Shown here one piece after another: positions 48,836-58,745 of a stretch of DNA of 64,000 nt (its first letter is position 1; every line of letters starts with the position of its first letter). The position numbers and the translations under genes were made by a program. Source of the DNA: an uncultured Pseudomonadota bacterium (lineage in GTDB: Bacteria > Oederibacteriota > Muellerivitia > Muellerivitales > Muellerivitaceae); the NCBI GenBank assembly GCA_963770835.1, contig CAVYRH010000026.1, positions 800,001-864,000 of the forward strand. Direction: 5' to 3'. The notes beneath the pieces are model-generated. The model saw nothing but the letters and a program-made list of their open reading frames with translations. It did not search any database and had not been told where the DNA came from.

Positions 48836-50392
48836 ATGGATCGTCGCCCATCGTTGTTAACCACGGCCTTTCTGCTGTTGGCCCTTTGCGGGGTGAGCTT
48901 CGCCGCGGGGGCGGCCACTCAATCGGCCACCCACCCCAAGGAGGGAAACGAGGATGTTTATAAATACCTGAACCCCTTCGTCGACGCGCTGGCCATCATC
49001 CGGGAAAAGTACGTGGACGTCGACAAAACAGATCCCAAGACGTTGGTTTACGGCGCCATCAACGGGATGGTCAACACCCTGGACCCCTTCAGCCAATTCA
49101 TGCCCCCCGACGAATACAAGGACATGCAAACCGAAACCTCAGGCAAATTCGGCGGGCTGGGCATCGAGATTGCCGTCAAGGACGAGCGGTTGACCGTGGT
49201 CTCCCCCATTGAGGGCACGCCCGCGGACAGGGCGGGCATCAAGTCGGGCGACAAGATCGTCAAGATCGGCGATGAGAGCACTGTCACTATGACTATCAAC
49301 GACGCCGTCAAGCGTTTGCGCGGGAAGGTGGGGACCAAGGTGACCATTACCATCGTCAGGGACGGCATGTCCCAGCCTTTCGACGTGACCCTGGTGCGCG
49401 ATAACATCAAGATCGAGAGCATCCACGCCTACATGCTCCCCGGGGATATCGGCTATATCCGCATCACCGAGTTCATCGAAAACACCACCGATGATTTCGT
49501 GAAGGCCTTGGACGACCTGAAAAAACAAGCGTCCTTGAAGGGCTTGGTCATCGACTTGCGCAACGACCCGGGTGGCCTCTTAAACGAGGCCGTAGGAGTG
49601 TCGGATTATTTCGGCAAAAAAGGCGACATGATCGTCTCCACCAAAGGCCGCAGCGAAAACCAAACCCAGGAGTTCAGGGCCTCGGACGGGGAAAAGTTCG
49701 ATCAAAAAAAACCCATTGTGGTGATGGTCAACGAGGGGAGCGCCTCGGGCGCGGAAATCGTGGCGGGGGCCCTCAAGGATTGGAAAAGAGGAATCCTGAT
49801 CGGCTCCAAGACCTTCGGCAAGGGATCGGTCCAGACCATCCTGCCCCTGGATAACAGTGATGGGGCGGCCTTGAGGCTGACCATGGCCAAATACTACACG
49901 CCGTCGGGTGTCTGCATCCACGGCATCGGGATTGAGCCTGATCTGGACCTGCACGACCACGACTTGTCCGAGTCCACCGTCAGTATTTACACCAAGCAAA
50001 TGGTGGAGAAATTCGCCGAGACCCTCGTGAAAGAGGGCGTGGCGCCCAAATCCGAGGCGGAATTGGAACCCACCGTTATGAACCGATTCATCGACTACTG
50101 CCTGAAAAACGTGAAGAAAACGGACCGGGATGAACTGAAAAAAGACGAGGACTACTTGAAGGACAGCCTCTATGTGGAGCTGGTTCGCCAAGAGCAAAGT
50201 GAAAAAGACGCCCGCGAAACGGCGGTATTAAATGACAAGCAAGTGAAGGTGGCCGAGGACATCATCGAGAATGGCGGCAGAATCAGCCCGAAACTTTACG
50301 CCGAATACCCCAAGCGCAAGGATACGGGAATCGCCGGTGAAAAGAAGCTCGAAGAGGAACGTTCCAAGAATAAAGATGACAGCGGGGAATAA
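48836..50392 (+). CDS. ctpA: S41 carboxy-terminal processing protease
   Basis: LDPFS, PDZ GLGIEI, DLRNDPGG, SASGAEI, TFGKGSVQ. Confidence 0.95.
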   Translation: MDRRPSLLTTAFLLLALCGVSFAAGAATQSATHPKEGNEDVYKYLNPFVDALAIIREKYVDVDKTDPKTLVYGAINGMVNTLDPFSQFMPPDEYKDMQTETSGKFGGLGIEIAVKDERLTVVSPIEGTPADRAGIKSGDKIVKIGDESTVTMTINDAVKRLRGKVGTKVTITIVRDGMSQPFDVTLVRDNIKIESIHAYMLPGDIGYIRITEFIENTTDDFVKALDDLKKQASLKGLVIDLRNDPGGLLNEAVGVSDYFGKKGDMIVSTKGRSENQTQEFRASDGEKFDQKKPIVVMVNEGSASGAEIVAGALKDWKRGILIGSKTFGKGSVQTILPLDNSDGAALRLTMAKYYTPSGVCIHGIGIEPDLDLHDHDLSESTVSIYTKQMVEKFAETLVKEGVAPKSEAELEPTVMNRFIDYCLKNVKKTDRDELKKDEDYLKDSLYVELVRQEQSEKDARETAVLNDKQVKVAEDIIENGGRISPKLYAEYPKRKDTGIAGEKKLEEERSKNKDDSGE

Positions 50393-50400
50393 TAAATTCC

Positions 50401-51567
50401 TTGCGGTTTCGTGCGTTGAATGAAGCAGGAGGCATCCGGGGCTTCCTGCTGAACCTGCTGGCGGTTCTCTTGCTCTTTGCCCTGGCGGTTTTTTTGGTAC
50501 GCCGCCAATGGGGAGGACCTCCCACCGTTCCCCCAATCCAAGCCACGCCCGCAGTCGTTTCGCCTTCCGCCTTCGAGGGAGATCCCGCCGAGGCCACGGA
50601 AAGACTCCTCAAAGCCCTGAATCAAAAGCTTCAGGATATGGACCTGTTGAAGCTTTTGGCCCAAGAAGTAAAAACCGTTCCCGCGACCGTTCAAGGAAAG
50701 GCCTTTTCGACCTATGAGGAGGCTTTCCGCCTGCCCGAGCGTTATACTCCACCGCAGCTGGCGTGGATTTTGGGCGAAGCGGCCAAATCCAGTGGCGCCC
50801 AACTGACTTTCACAAATACACCTGACGGGGGAGTCCAATTCAATTTCGCCTATGACGCCGAATGGATTCCCGTTCGGATCGACTTCGAACCCGTGAAGGC
50901 GCCTCGAATCTGCCTCATCATCGACGACGGGGGATACAAAAGAGGAACAGCCTTGGAAGCCCTTTACGGTTTGAAGGTGCCGGTGACAGTCTCCATCATC
51001 CCGGACGTCGAGTTTTCCAAGAGTCTGGCTGAAGAGTTTCCGGGCCATGGGGTGGAAGTTATGTGCCACATGCCCATGGAAGGCCATGAAAAGGGGATGG
51101 TGGGCGGGAACTACAAGGAACTGTTAAAGAAGGGCATGGGATCGGACCAGGCAAAAGCGGAAGTGGGAAAGGCCCTAGAAAACCTGCCCTATTGCCGGGG
51201 CCTCAACAACCATATGGGCAGCGTGGCCACTGAAGATCCGCAATTGATGTCGGATGTCTGCGAGGTATTGAAGGCCCGGGGGCTTTTCATCATCGACTCC
51301 CGCACCACGGCCAAGTCCATGATGGAAAAGGAAGCCCAAAGAAACGGGGTGCCCGTAGCTAAGCGGAATGTATTCCTGGATAACGTGGAGACCCCCGAGG
51401 CTATCCAGAAGCAGTTGGACATGACGGCCGCCTACGCGAAAAAGCACGGTTTGGCGGTGGCTATCGGACATTTTAAACCGGTGACCCTTCAAACCCTGGA
51501 GTCGGCCATTCCCAAGTTGAAGGATGAGGGGTTTCAGTTCGTGTTTGCTTCGGAAGTGGTAAAGTAG
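50401..51567 (+). CDS. Divergent polysaccharide deacetylase (YibQ family)
   Basis: IIDDGG, HMPME, NNHMGS, IDSRT, RNVFLD, AIGH. Confidence 0.92.
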   Translation: MRFRALNEAGGIRGFLLNLLAVLLLFALAVFLVRRQWGGPPTVPPIQATPAVVSPSAFEGDPAEATERLLKALNQKLQDMDLLKLLAQEVKTVPATVQGKAFSTYEEAFRLPERYTPPQLAWILGEAAKSSGAQLTFTNTPDGGVQFNFAYDAEWIPVRIDFEPVKAPRICLIIDDGGYKRGTALEALYGLKVPVTVSIIPDVEFSKSLAEEFPGHGVEVMCHMPMEGHEKGMVGGNYKELLKKGMGSDQAKAEVGKALENLPYCRGLNNHMGSVATEDPQLMSDVCEVLKARGLFIIDSRTTAKSMMEKEAQRNGVPVAKRNVFLDNVETPEAIQKQLDMTAAYAKKHGLAVAIGHFKPVTLQTLESAIPKLKDEGFQFVFASEVVK

Positions 51568-51601
51568 GGTTTTGGTTCGAAAGTTATTAAGGGATTAAAA
51601 C

Positions 51602-52147
51602 GTGTCTTTTAAAAAATGGCTCTTAACGTTCGTCCTCATACTTTCGGCCTCAACACTTAGTAACTTATTCGCCGCCCAAAATGGATTTTCTATTTATCTA
51701 GCCGCTAAAAAAAAAATCTCAAGCAATCAACTCATAGAAAAAGGTATTCAGTATGTTTGGCTCGAAAAGAAACCACTCATTACTACAGATGATATCGTTT
51801 CTTATAATAAGAAAACTCACGAAATTGTATTAACCCCTAAGGCTTTTGACCGATATTTGAAGATTAAGGACTTGGGCATCAGCGCGCCGTTTGTCGTTTG
51901 TGTTGGAAAGGAACGAATTTACGCCGGCGATTTTGTGCTTCCAATCTGTTCCGCTTCATTTAACGGTGTTGTGATAGAGGAATGCCAATCGATGGGAATT
52001 TGCGACCAGCAGTTCAAGAACAAAGTGCTTCGATTACAGTTGGGGTATCCAGGTGAAAATTTTTTTAAAGGTTTTGACCCTCGATCCGACTCAAGAATTC
52101 TCGATGCATTGAAACAAGCCAGGAAACTCACCAATGGCACAAACTAA
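51602..52147 (+). CDS. Secreted hypothetical protein (AT-rich)
   Basis: Signal peptide ending LFA; GTG start; no recognisable catalytic motif. Confidence 0.75.
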   Translation: MSFKKWLLTFVLILSASTLSNLFAAQNGFSIYLAAKKKISSNQLIEKGIQYVWLEKKPLITTDDIVSYNKKTHEIVLTPKAFDRYLKIKDLGISAPFVVCVGKERIYAGDFVLPICSASFNGVVIEECQSMGICDQQFKNKVLRLQLGYPGENFFKGFDPRSDSRILDALKQARKLTNGTN

Positions 52148-53153
52148 AAACAGCTTGGTCCTCGGCATTGAGTCCTCCTGCGACGAGACCGCGGTGGCGG
52201 TGGTTGAAAACGGGCATAAGGTGCTGGCCAGCGAAGTGGCTTCGCAGATGGACCTCCATAGCCGGTATGGCGGTGTGGTGCCGGAGGTGGCATCCCGCGT
52301 TCATTTGGAAAGCCTTCCCATTCTTCTCAAGGAAGTCCTTCAACAATCCCAGACAACTTTCGACGATTTAACGGGAATCGCCGTGACTTCGGCGCCGGGT
52401 TTGATCGGCGCCCTATTAGTCGGCCTTTCGGCGGCCAAGGGGCTGGCTTTTAGTCTTCACCTGCCCCTGGCTACGGTTCACCATATCGAAGCCCATCTTT
52501 ACGCGGCCCAACTGGATGCGCAGCCGGTGGAATTTCCCGCGTTAGGGCTTGTGGTTTCCGGCGGCCATACGGAGCTTTATCACATGCAAGAGTGGGGAAA
52601 ATACAGGCTGCTGGCTTCCACCCGCGACGACGCCTCGGGCGAGGCCTTTGACAAGGTGGCGAAACTCATGGGGTTGGGTTATCCGGGGGGGCCACTTATC
52701 GAAAAACTGGCCAAGGCTTGTCCTGACTCCGAGGAGCATTTCCCCTTTTCCAAAATGAAGGACAAAAGCCAGGATTTTTCCTTTAGCGGGTTGAAGACCG
52801 CCGTGATGTTGGAAGTTAAAAAGAATCCTCCCCAAGAAGAGAGGGACTTTCAGCAATTGGCCGCGAAATTCCAAAACACCGTCCGTTCTGAAATCACCAG
52901 CCGGGTACGCATTGCCTTGGAAGAACTCAAACCCAAAAGCCTGGTGGTGGGCGGCGGAGTGGCCTGCAACCAGAACCTCCGGGAAGCCCTCCGCAAAGTG
53001 GCTGAAAACTTCGAAGCAATTTTGAGAGTGCCGCCGCTGAAATATTGCTCCGACAACGCGGCCATGATCGCGGGATTAGGAGCCTTTCAATTATCCCAAG
53101 GCCGGGAAGCCACCCTTTCGGCTACGGCCATGCCCCAGGCCAGTTTTCATTGA
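52134..53153 (+). CDS. tsaD: tRNA t6A synthesis protein TsaD
   Basis: GIESSCDET, GGVVPE, HHIEAH, VSGGHT, GEAFDK, DNAAMIA. Confidence 0.98.
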   Translation: MAQTKNSLVLGIESSCDETAVAVVENGHKVLASEVASQMDLHSRYGGVVPEVASRVHLESLPILLKEVLQQSQTTFDDLTGIAVTSAPGLIGALLVGLSAAKGLAFSLHLPLATVHHIEAHLYAAQLDAQPVEFPALGLVVSGGHTELYHMQEWGKYRLLASTRDDASGEAFDKVAKLMGLGYPGGPLIEKLAKACPDSEEHFPFSKMKDKSQDFSFSGLKTAVMLEVKKNPPQEERDFQQLAAKFQNTVRSEITSRVRIALEELKPKSLVVGGGVACNQNLREALRKVAENFEAILRVPPLKYCSDNAAMIAGLGAFQLSQGREATLSATAMPQASFH

Positions 53154-53187
53154 GTTCTAAATTTTAACTACCGTGTACAATAGTTCC

Positions 53188-53865
53188 ATGCCCGATATCC
53201 CCTTTATTCCTTATTTTGGCGTTATCGCTTCCCGGCTGGCGGTGACCGTCCTTTTAACGGGCCTGATCGGCTGGGACCGGGAGCGGTTGCGAAAACCCGC
53301 CGGGTTGCGCACCCATATCCTGGTCGGCCTTGGCTCGGCTTTGGCGATGCTCGTTTCGATTATGACGGGGCCGGTCGTCAACGGGGTGTACCAGATGGAC
53401 CCCCGGATCGCGCAAAACGTCCTGACCGGCATCGGTTTCTTGGGGGCGGGGACCATCCTTCACCTCCGGGAGGGGGTTGTTTCCGGGCTAACGACCGCCG
53501 CGACCCTTTGGACCTCCGCGGTGATCGGCCTTGCCGTGGGGTGCGGTTTTTATTCCGGGGGCCTCCTGACCACCGCTTTGGTGCTATTGGTGCTTTATTG
53601 CCTGAACCTGGTGGATGATTACATCGAGGGCCGCCTTTATCACAACCTGACCCTCCATGCTAAGATAACCGGCCCTTTGACCGAGACGGTCAAGGAAGTC
53701 CTCCGCGATAAAAACATCAAGATTATCCGGGTGGAAACCCAAACGGCGGCGGGCGGTGAAAGGTATATCGTCATCCATTTCAAGCCTATTCCGGTGGCCT
53801 GGGGGAAACCCCTGGCCCGGCAAGTGGAGAAAATTCCAGGAGTTAAAGAGGTCATGTTCAACTAA
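53188..53865 (+). CDS. MgtC/SapB family protein
   Basis: PAGLRTHILV, DPRIAQNVLTGIGFLGAG, GLTTAATLW; C-terminal ACT-like domain. Confidence 0.93.
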   Translation: MPDIPFIPYFGVIASRLAVTVLLTGLIGWDRERLRKPAGLRTHILVGLGSALAMLVSIMTGPVVNGVYQMDPRIAQNVLTGIGFLGAGTILHLREGVVSGLTTAATLWTSAVIGLAVGCGFYSGGLLTTALVLLVLYCLNLVDDYIEGRLYHNLTLHAKITGPLTETVKEVLRDKNIKIIRVETQTAAGGERYIVIHFKPIPVAWGKPLARQVEKIPGVKEVMFN

Positions 53866-54998
53866 TGAGTGTTTTACCCAAGAACAATTCATCCGCCGAC
53901 CTGCCGGAGAAAAAAAGGACGGCCCCCGAACTTCCCGAGGCCCCCTTAAGCGCGATGGGCAAGGGCGCGCGCGAATTCAAGCTGGGCAACGTCACCTTGA
54001 ACGGCCGGGTTTTCCTGGCCCCCATGGCGGGTTACACCGACACGGCCTTCCGGCGCCTGGCGCGGCGGCATGGGGCGGCCATGGTGGTGACCGAAATGGT
54101 CAGCTCCCGGGCGCTCATGGCCGGAAACGACAAGACCAACGACTTGATGGAGTTCACCGAACCCGAGCGGCCGGTGGGGGTCCAGCTTTTCGGAGGCAAC
54201 CCCACCATCATGGGCGAAGCGGCGGCCAAAGTGGCCGAAGAAGTGAAGCCCGACGTCATCGACATCAATTTCGGCTGTCCGGTGGGAAAGATACTGAAGT
54301 GCGACGCCGGGGCGTCGGTGTTGAAAGAACCCCAAAGGGCCGGCTGGATCGTGAAAGCCATGGTCAAGGCCACGGAGGGCAGGGTGCCCATCACGGTCAA
54401 GACAAGGGCGGGTTACGACGCCATGGACAACGCGGTGTTCGAACTCCTGCAATCGGTGGAGGAAGCCGGCGCTTCGGCCTTGGCGGTACATGCGCGCACC
54501 CGCAACCAGATGTTCGAAGGCAAGGCCAATTGGGAAGTGATCGCGCGCCTGAAGGAAAAAGCCAAGATCCCCATCATCGGAAACGGCGACGTGAAATCCG
54601 CCGAGGACGCCTACAACCTTTTTAAGGAAACCGACTGCGACGGCATCATGATCGGACGGGGAAGCATGGGCGCGCCCTGGATCTTCGAGGAAATCAACCA
54701 CTATCTGGAAACCGGGAAACCCATGAAAGCCCCTACGCTCAAGTTCCGCATCGGCGTGGCCCTGGAACAATTGAAATGCTCCATCGAGGTAAAGGGGCCC
54801 CGTATGGGTTTGTTGGAAATGCGCAAACACCTGACCCATTACCTAAAGGGGTTCGAAGGCGCCCGGGACATGCGGCAAAAGCTTTTAACCTCCGATGACG
54901 CGGATTGGGTGGTGAAAACATTGGCGGAAATTCACAACTTTCTGCCCGAAGAAGATCCGATAGGCCTCTCCGTCAACATGCCGGTGGGAACGGCCTGA
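53865..54998 (+). CDS. dusB: tRNA-dihydrouridine synthase
   Basis: LAPMAG, TEMV, DINFGCP, HAR, GNGD, MIGRG. Confidence 0.95.
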   Translation: MSVLPKNNSSADLPEKKRTAPELPEAPLSAMGKGAREFKLGNVTLNGRVFLAPMAGYTDTAFRRLARRHGAAMVVTEMVSSRALMAGNDKTNDLMEFTEPERPVGVQLFGGNPTIMGEAAAKVAEEVKPDVIDINFGCPVGKILKCDAGASVLKEPQRAGWIVKAMVKATEGRVPITVKTRAGYDAMDNAVFELLQSVEEAGASALAVHARTRNQMFEGKANWEVIARLKEKAKIPIIGNGDVKSAEDAYNLFKETDCDGIMIGRGSMGAPWIFEEINHYLETGKPMKAPTLKFRIGVALEQLKCSIEVKGPRMGLLEMRKHLTHYLKGFEGARDMRQKLLTSDDADWVVKTLAEIHNFLPEEDPIGLSVNMPVGTA

Positions 54999-55002
54999 TT
55001 CT

Positions 55003-55629
55003 TTGGAATCCTTTCTTTACTCCCTTGATGTGGCCGTTTTCCGTTGGATCAATGAGGGATGGTCCTCCCCCCTCTTGGATTCTTTTTTTTCCTACATTAC
55101 CGATTTCCGCAATTATTGGGTTTTGATCGCGGCTTTATTGGCGTACTGGCTCTGGAAGGGCGGGGAGAAGGGACGATGGCTGGTTTTAAGCCTCATCCTT
55201 GCCGTCGCCATTTCGGATCAAACGGCCAGCCACGTCATTAAAGGGCTGGTGGAGCGGGTCCGCCCCTGCAACGCCCTGGATGGGGTTTTGACCCCCGCCG
55301 GAAAAAGCGGAGCCTATTCTTTTCCCTCCAGCCACGCCGCCAATATGGGGTCGTCCATGTTTCTGCTTTCGATGGCCTTTCCTCCCTATACCTGGCTTTT
55401 TATCCTCATCGCCCTTTTAGCGGGCCTGTCCCGGGTTTACCTTGGGTTGCATTACCCTTCCGATGTGCTGGGGGGCTATGCCTTGGGGTTGCTGGTGGGT
55501 TTTAGTGTCTGGTGGGGGATGGAAAAAGTAAAATATATCTTTCAATCAAAGAAAAAAATCAAAAGCAAAATTACTCTTACCACCAAGGCACAAAGGGCAC
55601 CAAGGACGACAGGAAAAAAGAAAAAATGA
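55003..55629 (+). CDS. PAP2 family phosphatase
   Basis: K..VERVRP, SFPSSH, SRVYLGLHYPSDV. Confidence 0.93.
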   Translation: MESFLYSLDVAVFRWINEGWSSPLLDSFFSYITDFRNYWVLIAALLAYWLWKGGEKGRWLVLSLILAVAISDQTASHVIKGLVERVRPCNALDGVLTPAGKSGAYSFPSSHAANMGSSMFLLSMAFPPYTWLFILIALLAGLSRVYLGLHYPSDVLGGYALGLLVGFSVWWGMEKVKYIFQSKKKIKSKITLTTKAQRAPRTTGKKKK

Positions 55630-55665
55630 TTTTGAAGTTCTTAGTGCCCTTTGTGCCTTAGTGGT
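55579..55665. repeat. 28-bp imperfect inverted repeat (palindromic mini-element)
   Basis: ACCACCAAGGCACAAAGGGCACCAAGGA ... TTCTTAGTGCCCTTTGTGCCTTAGTGGT, 3 mismatches. Confidence 0.85.
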
Positions 55666-55691
55666 TCAATTTGTTTTGGTTAAGGGATGTT

Positions 55692-56609
55692 ATGCCTGAA
55701 AAAAACGCCATCCAGCCTTCCACCCTTTACTTGGTGGGGACACCTATCGGCAACTTGGACGATATGACCTTCCGGGCCTTGAAGGTGCTCAAGGAAGCCA
55801 CCTTGGTCGCCGCCGAGGACACCCGTAATACCCTCAAGCTCCTGACCCATTTCGGCTTGAAGGCCGGCAAACTGATTTCCTGTTTTGAGCACAACGAAGT
55901 AAAGCGAACGGATGAAATTTTGGAGGCCCTGGCCCAGGGTGGTTCGGTGGCCCTGGTGACGGATGCCGGCATGCCCGGTATCTCCGACCCCGGATTCCAA
56001 GTGGTCAAGGCGGCGGTGGAAAAGGGGTTTTCGGTCGTGCCGGTTCCCGGGGCTTCGGCCCTGCTGGCGGCCCTGCCTGCGGCCGGGTTTCCGGCCACAC
56101 CTTTCACTTTTGCTGGGTTTCTCCCTTCCAAGGCGGGCGACCGGCAAAAGGCCCTGCACCAATTTCGGTCGCAGGAACACACCCTGGTTTTCTTCGAATC
56201 CCCCCACCGCCTCCGCAACAGCCTGAAGGACATGATGAATGTTTTTGGAAACCGCAAGGGGATGGTGGGAAGGGAAATGACCAAGCTCCACGAGGAATTC
56301 GTGCGGGGAACACTCCAGGAATTATGGAAGCACTTCAAGGCGGTGGAGCCCAAGGGGGAATTCGTGGTGGTGGTGGAGGGGGCCGAGCATGTGGACCATT
56401 CGCAACAGGAAAAATGGATCGGCGTCTCCATCGCGGACCAGCTCTTGCAGCTAATGAAAGAACAAAACCTCTCGAAAACCGAGGCGGTGAAGGCGGTCTC
56501 CAAGATGCGCGACCTGCCGAGGGAAGTGGTGTACCAAATCGCCACCGAGATCAAGTGGGAACCTAGCGTGGATAATGAAACGATTGATTCGGACGAGGGT
56601 TTAGACTGA
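55692..56609 (+). CDS. rsmI: 16S rRNA C1402 2'-O-methyltransferase
   Basis: TPIGNLDD, AEDTR, DAGMPGISDPG, FESPHR, REMTKLHEE. Confidence 0.97.
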   Translation: MPEKNAIQPSTLYLVGTPIGNLDDMTFRALKVLKEATLVAAEDTRNTLKLLTHFGLKAGKLISCFEHNEVKRTDEILEALAQGGSVALVTDAGMPGISDPGFQVVKAAVEKGFSVVPVPGASALLAALPAAGFPATPFTFAGFLPSKAGDRQKALHQFRSQEHTLVFFESPHRLRNSLKDMMNVFGNRKGMVGREMTKLHEEFVRGTLQELWKHFKAVEPKGEFVVVVEGAEHVDHSQQEKWIGVSIADQLLQLMKEQNLSKTEAVKAVSKMRDLPREVVYQIATEIKWEPSVDNETIDSDEGLD

Positions 56610-56640
56610 TGTTATTTCCTCTTTAATGGATTAATAAAGA

Positions 56641-57339
56641 TTGTCCATTCGAAAACATTTACTAGGCTTCTTCTTAAAGATTTTTTTCGGAATTTTACTC
56701 CTGTGGTTTTCGGCCGCCATGGCCTGCGTGATGGGTCCGGCCCTGTGGCATGCTCCCTGGCTTTCAAGGGAAGGCCTTGTCTTCCTGGCCTCCTTTACCG
56801 CCTACTTCCTTATTCATTTCCTCCTTTACCAGCCGGTTCTTAGCCATGTGATGGCCCACGAACTGACCCATGCCCTGGCCGCCATGTTGATGGGGGGGAA
56901 GGTGACCTCGATCCAAGCCTCAACTTCAGGGGGGACTACCGTCGTAAACCGGTCCCATGTCTTTATCAGCCTTGCCCCCTACATCTTCCCTTTTTACACA
57001 GCCCTTACACTGGCGGTCTATGCCATCGCGGCCCCTTCTTTTAAAATTTATTTCCTGGGACTGATCGGTTTCACTTATGCCTTTCACCTGGCCTTGACGG
57101 TTTGGTCCTTGTCCCATCACCAACCCGATCTAAAAGAGGGCGGCGTAGTGTTCTCCTTGATTTTCATTTTCGCGGGAAATATGATGGTTTTAATGTTCTT
57201 GTTCTCCCTCGTTTTTCCGCAAGTCCTGTCGCTGCCTCAAGCCTTATCCGAAACGTTACAGTGGTCCTGGCACCTCGCTAAGGCCGCGTTTCACCTGTTG
57301 AAGCCCCATCTTTTCAATACCGGGAGCAGCTCCTCATGA
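56641..57339 (+). CDS. Membrane zinc metalloprotease-like protein (M50-like)
   Basis: HELTH in a hydrophobic segment, ISLAPY, QPDL. Confidence 0.75.
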   Translation: MSIRKHLLGFFLKIFFGILLLWFSAAMACVMGPALWHAPWLSREGLVFLASFTAYFLIHFLLYQPVLSHVMAHELTHALAAMLMGGKVTSIQASTSGGTTVVNRSHVFISLAPYIFPFYTALTLAVYAIAAPSFKIYFLGLIGFTYAFHLALTVWSLSHHQPDLKEGGVVFSLIFIFAGNMMVLMFLFSLVFPQVLSLPQALSETLQWSWHLAKAAFHLLKPHLFNTGSSSS

Positions 57340-58661
57340 AAAAAACCTTTGTCTTGGATACCAACGTCTTGATCCACAATCCGCACGCCTTGGAATCCTT
57401 TGAGGACAACACGGTGGTTATTCCATTGGGGGTCATCGAGGAATTGGACACCTTCAAGAAGTACGAGGACGAACGGGGCCGCAACGCCCGCGAAGTTGCC
57501 CGGATGCTGGATACCCTGAGGGAAAAAGGAAACCTGCAGGAAGGCGTGCCATTGGCCAACGGCGGGACGGTGAGGGTGGATATCAGCACCCCCAACGGCC
57601 ACCTGCCCGCGGCCCTTTCCCACATGAAAATCGACAACAACATCATCGGAATCGCCCTGATGCTGAAAGAAAAAGGCGAGAACGTGAAGTTCATCACGAA
57701 GGACATCAACGTTCGCATCAAGGCCGACGCCCTGGGGGTGGTGGCCGAGGATTACGAGACCAACAAGGTCAATATCGACGAGCTTTACGCCGGCTGGGCC
57801 ACGGTGGTGGTAAAAGACGCGCAGATCGACGAGTTTTATAAAACGGGCAAGCTGTCCTTGAAAGATTACGAGGAGAGAGTCCTTTACGAGAACGAGTTTT
57901 TACTGCTGAAAAGCGACATCCACGACGGCAAGTCGGCTTTGGGCATTTACCGTTCCGGCCTTAAGGAAGCCCAATCCCTTTGGTTCAAGGACCCGGAAGC
58001 CTGGGGCATCAAGGCCCTCAACCGGGAGCAACATTTCGCGCTGAACCTTCTTTTGAACGACCGGATTTCCATGGTCACGCTGGTGGGGTCGGCGGGTACG
58101 GGCAAGACCCTTTTGGCCCTGGCCGCGGGCCTGTTGAAGACTTTGGATGAAAAGAAGTACCGCCGGGTGCTAGTTTCCCGCCCCATCGTGCCCCTGGGCA
58201 AGGACATCGGCTACTTGCCCGGCACCAAGGACGAAAAGTTGATGAACTGGATGCAGCCCATTTTCGACAACTTGGAGTTCATCCTGGACAAGGGCCACCT
58301 GCAGAACGACGCGGAGGATGTGGACGACAAGGTCCAATACTTACTGGATTCCCACAAGCTGGAAATGGAAGCCCTCACCTATATCCGGGGGCGGTCTATT
58401 CCTAAACAGTTCATGATCGTGGACGAGGCCCAGAACCTGACCCCCCACGAGATCAAGACCATCGTCTCCCGCGCCGGGGTCAGCACCAAGATCATCCTCA
58501 CCGGGGACCCTTACCAGATTGACAACCCCTATCTAGACGCCTCCTCCAACGGCATCGTGTACCTGGCTGAGCGGTTCAAGGGGCAGGAGATTTTCGGGCA
58601 CATTACCCTTTCCAAGAGCGAGCGCTCCCCCTTGGCGGCCTTGGCCACCAAAGTTCTCTAA
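57336..58661 (+). CDS. PIN-PhoH family protein (PhoH2/YbeZ-like ATPase with PIN domain)
   Basis: FVLDTNVL PIN, GSAGTGKT, YIRGRS, DEAQN, TGDPYQID. Confidence 0.93.
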   Translation: MKKTFVLDTNVLIHNPHALESFEDNTVVIPLGVIEELDTFKKYEDERGRNAREVARMLDTLREKGNLQEGVPLANGGTVRVDISTPNGHLPAALSHMKIDNNIIGIALMLKEKGENVKFITKDINVRIKADALGVVAEDYETNKVNIDELYAGWATVVVKDAQIDEFYKTGKLSLKDYEERVLYENEFLLLKSDIHDGKSALGIYRSGLKEAQSLWFKDPEAWGIKALNREQHFALNLLLNDRISMVTLVGSAGTGKTLLALAAGLLKTLDEKKYRRVLVSRPIVPLGKDIGYLPGTKDEKLMNWMQPIFDNLEFILDKGHLQNDAEDVDDKVQYLLDSHKLEMEALTYIRGRSIPKQFMIVDEAQNLTPHEIKTIVSRAGVSTKIILTGDPYQIDNPYLDASSNGIVYLAERFKGQEIFGHITLSKSERSPLAALATKVL

Positions 58662-58673
58662 AAATATTAATGC

Positions 58674-58728
58674 TGTCATTGCGAGGAATGCCCCTCGAAT
58701 AGAGGGGTGATTATGACGAAGCAACCTC
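58674..58728. repeat. GTCATTGCGAG...GAAGCAA(C/T)CTC-type short palindromic repeat with inserted hairpin
   Basis: TGTCATTGCGAGG-[GCCCCTC gaata GAGGGGT]-ATGACGAAGCAACCTC. Confidence 0.65.
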
Positions 58729-58745
58729 AGTTTAAATAATTCCTA

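Noticed and set aside
33941..56554. Long antisense ORFs opposite ftsH, alaS, ctpA, dusB and rsmI
   Set aside because: Expected shadows of GC3-rich genes; no motifs or RBS
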